The position numbers were made by a program, and so were the translations under genes. A stretch of 64,000 nucleotides of DNA, taken from NCBI GenBank assembly GCA_951406725.2, contig OX597817.1, forward strand, positions 109,616,001 through 109,680,000, given 5' to 3'. Source of the stretch: Octopus vulgaris (lineage: Eukaryota). The notes under the pieces are model-generated. The model ran no database searches. It had not been told where the DNA came from and saw only the letters and a list, made by a program, of their open reading frames with translations. Positions 1 to 11,929 of this stretch are shown in pieces (position 1 is the stretch's first letter; every line of letters starts with the position of its first letter).

Positions 1-119
1 GCCCCAATACTTACAAACACTAACACATATATTGCCTGCCTTAAGAAACGATACCATAAATACCATATGCTTGTGAAATTCCTTTAGTGATACACCAAAC
101 CCATAATTGAAGACTGTAG

Positions 120-1280
120 AATAAAAACGTTTGAACATCGCATAGACTGATTATCAGAAAGCTTTTGGCAGATTCCCCCTCAGATTTTCGAAGCGTTAGC
201 CAACAGTACGGTGACACTAATATTAAGCATGTACATGAAACATGTTATTATAAATAGTAAATAATTATACAGATCAACCCATAATAAGAAATTATAAAAC
301 GACAATACTCAAAGGGGAACTTTTTCTCCTTCCTAATATCGCCATTTCTTTTCTGGTACGTATTAACACGTTAACGAACATACTAATCCAGACTAGATGC
401 AATAGCATGTATTTGTAAACGGATAACTTCTAAGTGTATGACGTAAATCACAGGAAACTAGAAACACTGCCACGTATAGTGCATAGATCTATCTAGGTTT
501 TTAAATGTGTCAAAGCAACATGTAGGAGAATAAGTGAAAATATTAATATCATGTTACGTAAGAGAATTAGACCGAACACAGGATTACAAATACTAAGAAT
601 TGATTAGCTAAACAGAGAATAACGAATACAAATGAAATGAGGAAAAACAAAAGAAAGGAACTATTATGAACAGAAGCGTAAAATTGATATTTCAAACTAC
701 TCTAAATGCTGCAGTTATGGTAATAGAGATCAAACCTCTAGCTATTCGAGTAATAAATTATAGTTATGATATTCACAACAGGAGGCTAAGTGAAGCAGCA
801 AGTCTAAATAGTAAATCAATAAAATAACTGCATGTCTAACAGCTTTTGGCTCATAATAGTAACAGACACACTCTTGAGCGCCATAATCCCAAATGCTGGA
901 GTCCCGAAAGATCAGTTTCCAAAAAATAATTCAGGAAAAATAAATAAATAATAATAATATAATTTCTTAAAAAAACATTTATTTGATGTTTCAAAAAAGG
1001 GATTTACTTGAGAAGCATATTAAATCGATTTTGAAATGAAAAAATAACGATAATAAAAACTTAATGTAAGGATTTCAACAAATGGGGATTGTAATCTTTC
1101 GGGGTTTCAGCATTCAGGATTATGGCGTTGAGGATTGTGTATTTTGTTATTATAATAGGCACCCATTTCGAATACATTAATCAAAATACAGCACAGATGA
1201 TTATATTAACTTCGAATACAGGAAAATATTGGTATTCTGAAACTAGAATATTATTTTAAAAATATTCGCTATAGCCAATG
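120..1280 (+). pseudogene. Degenerate R4/Dong-like (R2-superfamily) non-LTR reverse transcriptase fossil, interrupted by a MITE at 843-1164
   Basis: Manual translation: KRLNIA*TDYQKAFGRFP at ~125-178 (cf. WIDYxKAFDSVPH), a YKYL(G)I-like stretch at ~584-600, LNAAVMVIEIKPLAIRVINYSYDI at ~701-773 (cf. LNxxNKIxAINTLAIPVIxYSF), and after the MITE LY*LRIQENIGILKLEYYFK (cf. RLYLPRxxGGRGLxxLE). Many stops and frameshifts. Confidence 0.65.
843..1164. mobile_element. MITE with ~70-bp imperfect terminal inverted repeats, Ricksha/MULE-like
   Basis: Left arm cataat..agacaca..cgccataatcccaaatgctggagtcccgaaagat (852-912) is the reverse complement of atctttcggggtttcagcattcaggattatggcg..tgtgt..ttat (1094-1153). 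The aatcccga sub-repeat architecture resembles Ricksha (MuDR) TIRs as I recall them. Confidence 0.7.
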
Positions 1281-2251
1281 TTTCACTACAGTTTTAAAAA
1301 ATCCAGTAAACAATAAAATAAATCTATAACAAATAGCTACAAAAGTGCTTTCTCTGTTCACACGAATAATTATAAAACAAAGGTTGAGATTCCTGGGGAG
1401 AGGATGGAAAATCAATGACAAGAACTATTAGAAAAAATTAAAAACTAAATCGAAAACAGGGATTGCAATGTCATTCTAAGATGTTGGCAAGAAAACACCC
1501 ATACGTGAAAAAACTGGGGAATGTTATTTATGATTACAGGTGTGGGAAACATAGAAAATTCTAATTTTACTCTGCGTATATATTCATATACATATATATT
1601 ATATATACCTGAAATGAGGCCTTAAGCCAAAATTCTTCTTCCAATATTACCATGACAGTCAATACTACCATACAGAGAATCGGAAACACATTCAACAATT
1701 TTGTATATATTTGTATCTGAGAAATTCAGATCAAATCCATCTTTATTTCACAGAAACCTGTTTGCAATGCTCTAGTGTAATTTACCTTATGCTCGTTAGG
1801 TATTTTCCGGACTGATTAGAAGAAGAGTTTTATATTTCTCCTTGTACGTCAGAGAAAATGTACGTAATTCTGCACCCCTATCGAGAGTTCACTTCTATCA
1901 GCATTTAACCTATCGGCGAAATGTAGCTCTTTGTTTTCATATATTTTGCATATATTCAGATATTTCGTCAGATTTCACTTGCATCCAGTCAGGAGTTACA
2001 CTCAGAAAACCAAAAAGCTGTTGGTATCATTGGTTTTACAATTAGTTAAATCATTCTTATGAACAAAAGAGAGTGTCTGGAAATCGGTAAGAACAATTAC
2101 CGCTTTATTCATAGCGCTCCAGTTTTCGATTTCCTCTGATATATTTATGGCATTTACACTGATGTTTATATATATATATATAACTCTCTCTAGCTCACAC
2201 ACACACACAATCACACACACACAAACACATTCAGAAACACACATGTACGTA

Positions 2252-2287
<36 letters not shown>

Positions 2288-2446
2288 TGTATGTATGTAT
2301 GTATGTATGTATATGTGTATAATTAAGAGAAATAACCTCTAACCTCTATTAAGCAATTCAACAGTGAAAACATTATCCATATTAAATAAAAAAAAATTTG
2401 AATATACTATAATAAATATTATACAAAACAATCAATAAATTAAATA

Positions 2447-2482
<36 letters not shown>

Positions 2483-2837
2483 ACTCTCTATACTGTTTTC
2501 TTCCTCCATCCGTCTACCCCTCCCTGCTTCACCGTTTTCTGTCTCTTTCTCCCCCTCTTTCTCAGTTTTTCTCTGTTTCTTGTTGCTCACACGTGACCAT
2601 CGTCCATCTTTCTTTTCCTCACGTGACCATCTTTCTTTTCCTGCACGGACGTTCACAAGAACAAAGGTGTTTTTTTCTTTCTCCTGTCTTTTCTCTTTTC
2701 AAAAAAATGCTTATCCCAACGTTCACTATTTTCCTCTCGTTCTCGTCTAACGACCCTCCATGTTTGTTTTCGTTCGGTTTCCTTGTATGTCTCGACTGTA
2801 TTGTCTTTGTTCCCAGCTTTAACCCACTATGAATCTT

Positions 2838-2931
2838 AGATATTTGTGTTGATTAAAAATGTAATGGCAAGTATCTATTGACCTTTTTCTTTCCTATAAA
2901 AATCGGCACGAACTTTCCGGACAACCCAATA
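2838..2931 (+). mobile_element. Isolated mariner terminal fragment (TIR followed by TA), same family as 5165-5981
   Basis: aaatcggcacgaactttccggacaacccaata (2900-2931) matches 5950-5981 with one mismatch and is followed by (TA)n. Confidence 0.8.
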
Positions 2932-3119
<188 letters not shown>

Positions 3120-3122
3120 TTT

Positions 3123-4920
3123 ATTTTTTTTGTATCTAGTTTCGGCTCACGAGCTGTGGCCATGCTGGAGCACCGCCATTTGGTGTTGCTACATAATTTT
3201 ATTTCACGAATGCTTTTTAGCAATTGCCATTTGGTGCATGAGAGAGTTCGGAGCAGCTGCCCTCATCTGTACCTCCTGCCGTGAAATTGGTTCATCTGGG
3301 ATACCTGACAGGAACAGATCCAGTTTTATTTTAAAGACATCTGCGTGCACCCCATGCAGGTCTCTCAGGTTCTTCAGGAGGATATTGAAGAGCTGTGGGC
3401 CTCTGAAGCCCAGGCTATCACAGTATCTTGTCCTACATCTTGAGGGCAAATTTGGAGTTCTTGGCACTATGCAGTGGCGCCCAGTTCTGGCATTTGTGTA
3501 ACTCTCGATGCCAAAGTTTGGGACAAGTCCTTCTAGGATCTTCCAGATGTATATTATGGTATATCTTTCTCGCCTACGCTCTAAGGAGTAGAGTCTTAAT
3601 CTCTTGAGTCTTTCCCAGTAGCTTATATGCTGCGCAGAACTTGGATCGCCTCAAGTTCTGTGATTAACCTGACACTGGATGGTGACCATAGCTGAGAGCA
3701 ATAGTCAAAGTGGCTTAGGATAAGTGTCCTCCAGAGGACCATCATGGTTTCCTGGTCTCTTGTTCTAAAGGTTCTAAAAATCCATCCGGTCAGCCGCCTA
3801 CATTTCATTGCCAATTTAGCAACATGCACATGAAAGTTTGCATCATCACTCATGTAAATACCCAGGTCTCGCACTGATTATGCCTCGGGGATTGCAATCC
3901 CTCTAGGTCCCGTGTATTTATTGGGTATTGCATTTAGTTTTGCATGTTGATAGCATAAAGCTTGAAACTTTTCAGCATTGAACTGCATGCTATTCTTTCC
4001 AGCTCACTTGTATATTTTGTCCAGCTCTCATTGCAGGTGCATAGTGTCTTCGGGGTTCTGTATTGCCTGTGAAACTTTTGTATCATCTGCATAACTTGTG
4101 ATCATGGCTCTCTGCGTGGCTGAGGGCATGTCTGAGAGGGCCATTATGAACAGTAGTGGTCCCAAAACAGTGCCTTGCGGAACACCGCTCACTATTTGCG
4201 TGTTAATGGAGGTGGCCCCATTGGCTACTACCACCTCACTTCTATCCTTCAGAAAGTCATGAAGCCATTCTCCCAATTCTCCAACTATGCCAAGATCACG
4301 CAGTTTGTGAGTTATCATTCCATGATCAACTTTATCAAAGGCCTTTGCAAAGTCGAGATATATGACTTCCACATTTGAGTGGTTGAGCAGTCGTTTCAGC
4401 ACCCTGTCATAGTGTTGTAGGAGCTGAGTTAAGCAGCTTCTTCCTGGTCGGAAACCATGTTGGGTGTCAAGCAGCAAGTCATCTTCCTGAAGGAAAGTGA
4501 TTAGTTTCCTTCTGACTATTCGTTCCATGACCTTGCTGATGTGTGAGGTCGGAGAGATAGGTCTGTAGTTCTTGGCCTCCGCTCTGCTACCTCCTTTATG
4601 AATAGGGCATATTTTACCTTCCTTCAGTTTTCTTGGAAGTTTGCCAGTTGCAAAGATGCTCTGAAAGAGGAACTGCAGTGGTCTAGCTAGGACTCTCTTA
4701 CATACTTTTAGGAGGATTGCTGGGAATCCATCGGGGCCAGTAGCTGAGTTTGTTTTCATTTCATCTATAGCCTTTATTACATCGTCTTCCTTTTAAATTG
4801 ATGTAATCAATCATCGCTGTCTCTGATTTTATATCTGCAGTGGTAAAGAAATCAGTTGGATTGCTGACTTGAAAATGCCCTAGGGGTGGAGTGAAAATAC
4901 TCTTGAATTACTCATTTAGT
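3123..4920 (-). mobile_element. 5'-truncated CR1/Jockey-superfamily LINE: RT domain, C-terminus and 3' tail, disrupted
   Basis: ORF 4028-4759 has TGPDG, NYRPIS, QHGFRPGRSC, YLDFAKAFDKVDH, GVPQGTVLGPLLF and YADDTK. ORFs 3623-3874 (RDLG..DYCSQLWSP..LEAIQ) and 3204-3467 continue the typical C-terminus. The 3' tail ggcggtgctccagcatggccacagctcgtgagccgaaac is followed by an A-rich end at 3123-3180. Confidence 0.93.
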
Positions 4921-5109
4921 ATTTCATGTATTTATGTATGTATAAACGTTTTCCTATTTTCTCTCCCTGTTTATTTCTGTATTCCTTTCTGTCGAAGAGC
5001 GTAGGCTTGAAATGTAAAAGACTTTCACTGCTCCCGAATATTTAACTACTACATTCGTTTGTTGTTTACACACCTCTCTTCGTATTTTGCTTTTTGTTAA
5101 TTCTCTTTT

Positions 5110-5153
<44 letters not shown>

Positions 5154-5164
5154 TATATATACAA

Positions 5165-5981
5165 AGAGAATTTTAACTTGTCCAGTTGTGTGCAGTATTT
5201 CTCAGAATTAATTGTTTGGTTACTTGAGAGAAGCTCATAGTACAGAATTCCTTTCCAATCCCACCAGACCCAAAGCAAGACATTTTTAGGGGGAAGACCC
5301 GCTTTTGGAGTGACTAACGGTGGCTCATGTCGCTTACTCCAGGGTCGCTTTCTCTGAACATTTCTCATCACCTGTCACAACTTGCTTTAAAAAAGGCGCG
5401 TTTTCATTCCGTTTATAAAGCGAATCACTGATGGAAATGCGATCCAAAAGGTCCTTCTCACTCAACTCATGTGGTACCCAAACATCGTAGCGATTTGTGT
5501 ATCCAAGTTTTACCAGGTGCTCATGAACGACGGATTTTGATAGGTTGAGATTTTCTGCCAATTCTCAGGTTGTGTAATATGTGTTATTCTCAATTAATAA
5601 CTTGATTTGGTCATCATCTGTAGTGGATAGTCTGCCTGATCGCTCTTTATCAATAAGGCTACAATCTCCAGCTCGGAACCTTGCGAACCACTTCCGTACA
5701 GCTCTTTCGGATAAAGAAACATCACCGTAAACTGCGCATATTTCTTTGGTTGCTTGTGAGGCATTTTTCCCTTTACGGAAAAAGAAAAGCATCAAGTGCC
5801 GAAAATGACCTTTCTCATCTTCCATTTTAAAGGGTTACAGAATTAACACAGGTTATAGAAATATAAACCTTCTTCCACGAAAAGATAGCTTAAATTTTAT
5901 TTTATGGACTCAAACATGTTTTAAAATAAGTCGGAAGGTAAGCTACAATAAATCGACACGAACTTTCCGGACAACCCAATA
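5165..5981 (-). mobile_element. Mariner transposon 5' portion (TIR plus disrupted transposase), truncated by (TA)n
   Basis: ORFs 5565-5825 (HTH, ..RKWFARFRAGD..RSGR), 5334-5561 (WVPHEL, VTGDEK) and 5165-5371 (LLWVWWDWKGILYYELL..TINSEKYCTQL). There is an in-frame stop and a small deletion. The TIR on the minus strand is TA-TTGGGTTGTCCGGAAAGTTCGTG (5981-5957). The second and third catalytic D are absent. Confidence 0.95.
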
Positions 5982-5993
5982 CATATGTATACA

Positions 5994-6055
<62 letters not shown>

Positions 6056-6077
6056 TTATTATTATTATTATTATTAA

Positions 6078-6132
<55 letters not shown>

Positions 6133-6370
6133 TGAGGGAAAATTATTCGTAACTTACACGGAAAAATTCAATTTCGAAATACTAAATCAAATTTCACAAA
6201 ATATAATATATATATAAAAATTAGAAAAATCCACCTTTTATCAATTCAAAATGAACATTTAAATTACACCATCTAGAAAATTACATATAATAGAACTATT
6301 AAAAATAAAATAACAATAATATACCAATGATTAAGTAAATTGCAAAATAATAATAAAAACGTATATATTT

Positions 6371-6462
<92 letters not shown>

Positions 6463-6707
6463 TGTATATACGTATATGTATATATATAGAGAGAAAGTTT
6501 ATGAGAAGTAATGGCGTCATTGAGACCCAAAGGTGTCAGGTAATGCTGAATAAGTGCTATAGATAGACCATAGTTAAGTTCCTTCGGTGATTATGCGAAT
6601 AAGGGGTTCAACGTTTGTCATATATCAGCATGTGTATATAACAAAAAAAATTTCCTTATGAGATAAAAACCAAGGCTGTGTAGATTTTAGAGCACTTCTA
6701 GATAAAA

Positions 6708-6756
6708 GGTCTTACAGCTGTTTCCAGGATATTTATTACATCCCTTCATCGGACAC
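6708..6756 (-). ncRNA. Type I hammerhead ribozyme motif (U4C core variant)
   Basis: Minus strand: GUGU CCGAUGA A GGGAUGU-aauaa-AUAUCCU G GAAA CAGCUG UA AGAC. Palindromic stem III ACAGCUGU with a GUA cleavage triplet; stem I is imperfect. Confidence 0.6.
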
Positions 6757-6959
6757 GGTGTGAGAAGATGGGTAACAAATAGTTAATTTAAATAAGATAT
6801 AAAATAGAGAGTGAGTTGGAGGAAAGAAAAGAAAATTGATGTGAGAGATGTACGAATGTTGTATTTGTAGATCCATTTTTTAGGTAGAATGGTATACATA
6901 TAATATTCCAATACCTTATGAGTAAAATCCAATACTATTAATACTATTGGATTTTACTG

Positions 6960-7015
<56 letters not shown>

Positions 7016-7186
7016 AGATAGAGAGAGAGAGATACACATATATATATATATTGATATTTATATACCTTTATATATACTCTTTTACTCAATTTCGTTTCTA
7101 TGTTTTTGTTTTTATGTTTTCGTTTCTCATTGTGTTGAACGTTTTTTCATGTGCTGTACCCATATATGCATGTATATATACATATA

Positions 7187-7410
7187 TGAGCTGGCAGAAA
7201 CGTTAGCACGCCGGGCGAAATGCTTAGCGGTATTTCGTCTGCCGCTACGTTCTGAGTTTAAATTCCGCCGTGGCCAACTTTGCCTTTCATCCTTTCGGGG
7301 CCGATAAATTAATTACCAGTTACGCACTGGTATCGATATAATCGACTTAATCCGTTTGTCTGTCCTTGTTTATCCCCTCTGTGTTTAGCCCCTTGTGGGT
7401 AGTAAAGAAA
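7187..7410 (+). mobile_element. tRNA-derived SINE type 1 (Meta/RUDI-like central domain), tail A
   Basis: A-box-like tggcagaaacgttag, B-box-like gagtttaaattcc, central gcctttcatcctttcgggg..gataaattaa.taccag, and tail ttgtttatcccctctgtgtttagccccttgtgggtagtaaagaaat. Confidence 0.88.
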
Positions 7411-7552
7411 TATATGTAGGTATGTACATATATGTTGATATATATATATATGCATATATTTATACATCATTTCTATTATTATATATTATATATATATATA
7501 TATAATACCGGCTAAATTAGCATGCACTTGCAAAAGAATAATGATAATAATA

Positions 7553-7768
7553 ATCTTTTCTACTATAGGCTCCAGGCCTGAAATTTGGGATAAAGGATTA
7601 AGTCGATTCCATCGACTCCACTGCGTAACTGGTACTTATTTAAGTGACCCTGAAAGGATGAAAGGCAATGTCGACCTCGGCGGAATTTGAGCTCAGAACG
7701 TAGCGGCAGACGAAATCCCGGTAGGCATTTCGCCCGGCGTGCTAACCATTCTGCCAATTCGCCGCCTT
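7553..7768 (-). mobile_element. SINE type 1, tail B
   Basis: Reverse complement of the same head and central domain; tail aaatttcaggcctggagcctatagtagaaaagattatt. Confidence 0.88.
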
Positions 7769-7939
7769 TGTAGTAGTAATAATATTAATAATAATAATAA
7801 TAATTATTATTATTATTATTATTATTATTATCATTATTATTATTATTATTAACTTGATAATAATAAAAATTATGTCGCCAAACCTCAAGATATAATACCG
7901 TCTAAATTAGCATGCACTAGCGAAATAATAATAATAATA

Positions 7940-8003
<64 letters not shown>

Positions 8004-8837
8004 GGAAGGAAGGAAGGTGATGATGATGATGGTGATTATCGAGAGTATGACAATACGAGCAGCTGTGATAGTTTCTATTATAATTAATATAAGACAAATG
8101 TGAAATAACTATAAAATTTATAAAAGAAATAATGAAATCGTCTTTTGACATTTTCAAGTCATAAAGACATAAAAATGCAAAATGATTGTGTGCCTTTGTT
8201 TAACTGACACGGGTAGGATTTCGATTGGCATTGTGAAAAGTGAAACTTCCTCATTTATCAGTTTATTTAGTGCGACACAGTCAAAGCTCACTCTTGTTGA
8301 CCTGCTTGCTTTTCTTCACGTACGTCAGATGACAGTAGTTTAGTAGTTTTTACTATTCTATTCAGAGATCTCCGTTGTTGATTGTTGGTTAATATCTGCA
8401 ATTATATGCACAAACCTAAGTTTATTTATTTGATTTAGAAAGCAGAAAGCCAGCGCAAGTACCACCAATATCTAGTCCAACACATCAACACATCAGCCAT
8501 TCACTGCCCAAGATTGATACTGTTGTTACACGAAATTACGAAAGGCAGACATGAGCAGTAGTTAATGCAACATTAACGGAGCGTTATTCATCCAACGTTT
8601 TTAAAACGATGCTAATTCGACGTTTTGGCATAAGCGTGCGTACTTATTCAGCAATGAAAAGTGAAACCGTGACTTATCAGCTGAAAATAACTTATTCAGT
8701 CAAGCATGGGGTATTGAAGCTGCTAATAAGTCCGAGCCGTATGTGACAAATAGACCAGATTTCAATTGATAATATTCTCAAGATGGTTGTGAAAACGCAC
8801 GCGCGCACACACACATATACTCTTTGCTCTTTTTTTT

Positions 8838-9043
8838 ATTTGTTTCTGTCATTTGACTTCGGCCATGCTGGAGCACCGCCTTTAGTCGAGCAACTCGACC
8901 CCGGGACTTATTACTCTTTGTAAGCCCAGTACTTATTCTATCGGTCTCTTTTGCCGAACCGCTAAGTGACGGGGACGTAAACACACCATCATCGGTTGTC
9001 AAGCAATGCTAGGGGGACAAACACAGACATACAAACACATACT

Positions 9044-9075
<32 letters not shown>

Positions 9076-9241
9076 TACGACAGGCTTCTTTCAGTTTCCG
9101 TCTACCAAATCCACTCACAAGGCATTGGTCGACCCGGGGCTATAGCAGAAGGCACTTGCCCAAGATGCCACGCAGTGGGACTGAACCCGGAACCATGTGG
9201 TTGGTTAGCAAGCTACTTACCACACATCCACTCCTGCGCCT
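8838..9241 (-). mobile_element. tRNA-derived SINE type 2 (CORE-like centre, internal microsatellite, CR1-type tail)
   Basis: Minus strand head aggcgcaggagtggatgtgtggtaagtagc..ggttccgggttcagtccc, then cttgggcaagtg, an internal (TA)n, and tail ggcggtgctccagcatggccgaagtcaaatgacagaaac. Near-identical to 30774-31141. Confidence 0.9.
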
Positions 9242-10396
9242 ATATATATATTAATATATACATATTCATGTTGTGTACATGATATACTTACAAGTAACAC
9301 ACCAGAAATGATTAGAATGAGTTATAAAAACAGGTAACTGTTTCCTAAAGGAGCCGCCGTCTGCATCTAGCCCCTTTAAAATCCAGCGCCAGTGCCTACA
9401 AGTCTACTTAGAGTCACTTTTCAGTTTGAGCTTCTGATAATTTATCAACATAAACTCCGGTGCATTTCGACTCTCACACCATTGTTTTTGTCTAACCAGC
9501 CTAGAACGTTTTATATTTTAATGGGAAAATAATGAAGATTTATTTTGTTCAACATACCTTCTGAAATGGCATAAATTGCTTAAATTAATAAAATTATCGT
9601 CAAATGAATATTGAAGCCATGGCGCTGAGTTCATTCTTTTTGCACAATAAATAACAATCCACACAGAATACAACAATTATTGTTCAATAACTGACAATAT
9701 TTAATATTTCAATGAACAGTTCCAATTCAACGAAAACGTTCAAACCGTGGCCACCTCGTATATGTGTGCATGTGTGTTTGTATGTCCTTTCATTTTTAAG
9801 ACGGTACAGTGTGATTTGGAAGAGATTTAGCAGCTAGCTAGTTCTAGCTAGTCGTGTAATCGCGTAGAGTTTTCCTTGTTGGTTCACCTCAATTGGTTGT
9901 CCGGTTCCATGAGTGAACCTGCAAGAGAGATTTGCTCCTAATTACATTGAAGTTCTCGAACGCTTCTCGTCAACAACAATGCATCTTTTAGAAAAATTTA
10001 CCTCTCGGTTTTATAGTATTTTGTTATTATTTTTTGTTCTTTTCTCCCCCCCCCCTTTCTATCTCTCTATACATCTATCTATCTATATCTTTCTCTCTGT
10101 TTATTAGAAACAATTAAAATGGAGAAAGATTACGACTAAATGAATGAACTTACTGTCGTTTACAGCGACATCCTAGGGGAATACACTTGCTCAGCTATAT
10201 TAACATTATCTGTTTATAGTTATTTTTCAGTAAACATGAAAATATCTTATTACGTCAACATCGCTCCCTGGTGACTATTTCCATATATTTATTTACGTCT
10301 TCCTGACATACTTTCCTAACATAATTTCTCACTCAAAATTCTTTTATCTCTAAGTATTATCCTGATTTAATGACCCTTACAAGATATATATATAAA

Positions 10397-10428
<32 letters not shown>

Positions 10429-10445
10429 CAACCCCTATCTCAATT

Positions 10446-10497
<52 letters not shown>

Positions 10498-10570
10498 GGT
10501 TTGGAGACATGTATTATATATTAGAAGAAATGAGGTACTCAGATGTGTGTATATATATATATATATACTG

Positions 10571-10608
<38 letters not shown>

Positions 10609-11929
10609 AAAGTGGAAGGTATTCATAAGAACCACATTTGGTCATCAAAAAGAAGCGACTTTAGAGTACAAACGAAACATTATAGCCGAAACGTTACATA
10701 TTCACCACGTATTATCACAGTCTCGCCTGGCCTACCAGCATCCCCCCAAAACATATTACACAGAATATATATCAGCACACTTTACCCGATGATTCGTTGC
10801 GCAACAAATAGACAGAATAAACCACAGGAATATATAAAATGAAACAAACAGCAAGAAGCAAATACCTAAATTGAAAGAACACTCGTCAGAAGCGTATCAT
10901 ACTGCGCTGCTGCAAAGTTCCAACGTTTACAGGTTCTGTCACACATGTATAGTCAGGCACAACCCCAGTTCACCACAAAAGAAAGGGAGGGAACAGCGAC
11001 AGAAATCCTAGAGGGCAAGTATGATTGTTTTGCGCAACGACGTGGTTCGTCGGATTGATCAATACTTTGTGAGTGAAACGAAATCTGGTGAACAGGCCAT
11101 TGTGTGTGTGTGTGTGTGTTTGTATGAGTGTGTGTGTGTGAGTGTGTGTGTACGTGTGTGAGTCTGAGTGTGTGCGTACGTGTGTGTGTGTGTGTGTGTG
11201 TGTATGATATGGTGGTTAACCTGTCGATCTCAGTGTTGAGCATTCAGTTATTCGATAAATATTCCTACTTGTGAAATAAACATATAGAGCCTTAAAATAC
11301 CTGAGTCAGCGTTAAGGTAATGTGATAAGGTTGGGCCTTTGAATTGCATGTAAAGCCAAGCGAGAAAGAGAGAGAGATGGGGGTGGTATTCGATCCTAGT
11401 ACTTGCATATGATTTATCGATTTACATACAAACAATGAAAGGCAGAGTTGATCACAGCAAGATTTGAACTTGGAGCACAGAGACAGCCGAAATGAATACG
11501 GCAATGCATTCTACCCAACGCTCTTATAATTGTCAATTCTCTGTCATATTTCTTTCCACTGTGCTACTTGCATCCCAAACACATATATCTCCCACGAGGT
11601 AAAATGGTTGTGATCGCGCAACTTACAGGAAATAGCAGCTAAATATCCCTTCAAAAGTATTCTAATGTTTTAAAAACAGTACATATTGTATTATAATCTT
11701 GGATTCATTACGAATTAAAAAAAAAAAGCGAAAGCATTGCTGATGGTTGAAATGTCACTTTTCCTCGGGTCTGCTCAACTAGGTTTCATCTGGAGTTTCA
11801 CCAACAACGAAGGAATTTGTCCGAGTTCACACTACAAATAAAAATATTCGCTAACATAACAGCCTACTCTCTTAAAAAGAACGGACAGTTTAGACTGTCC
11901 CTTTAGTTACACACGCTATTTAGTCTGTG

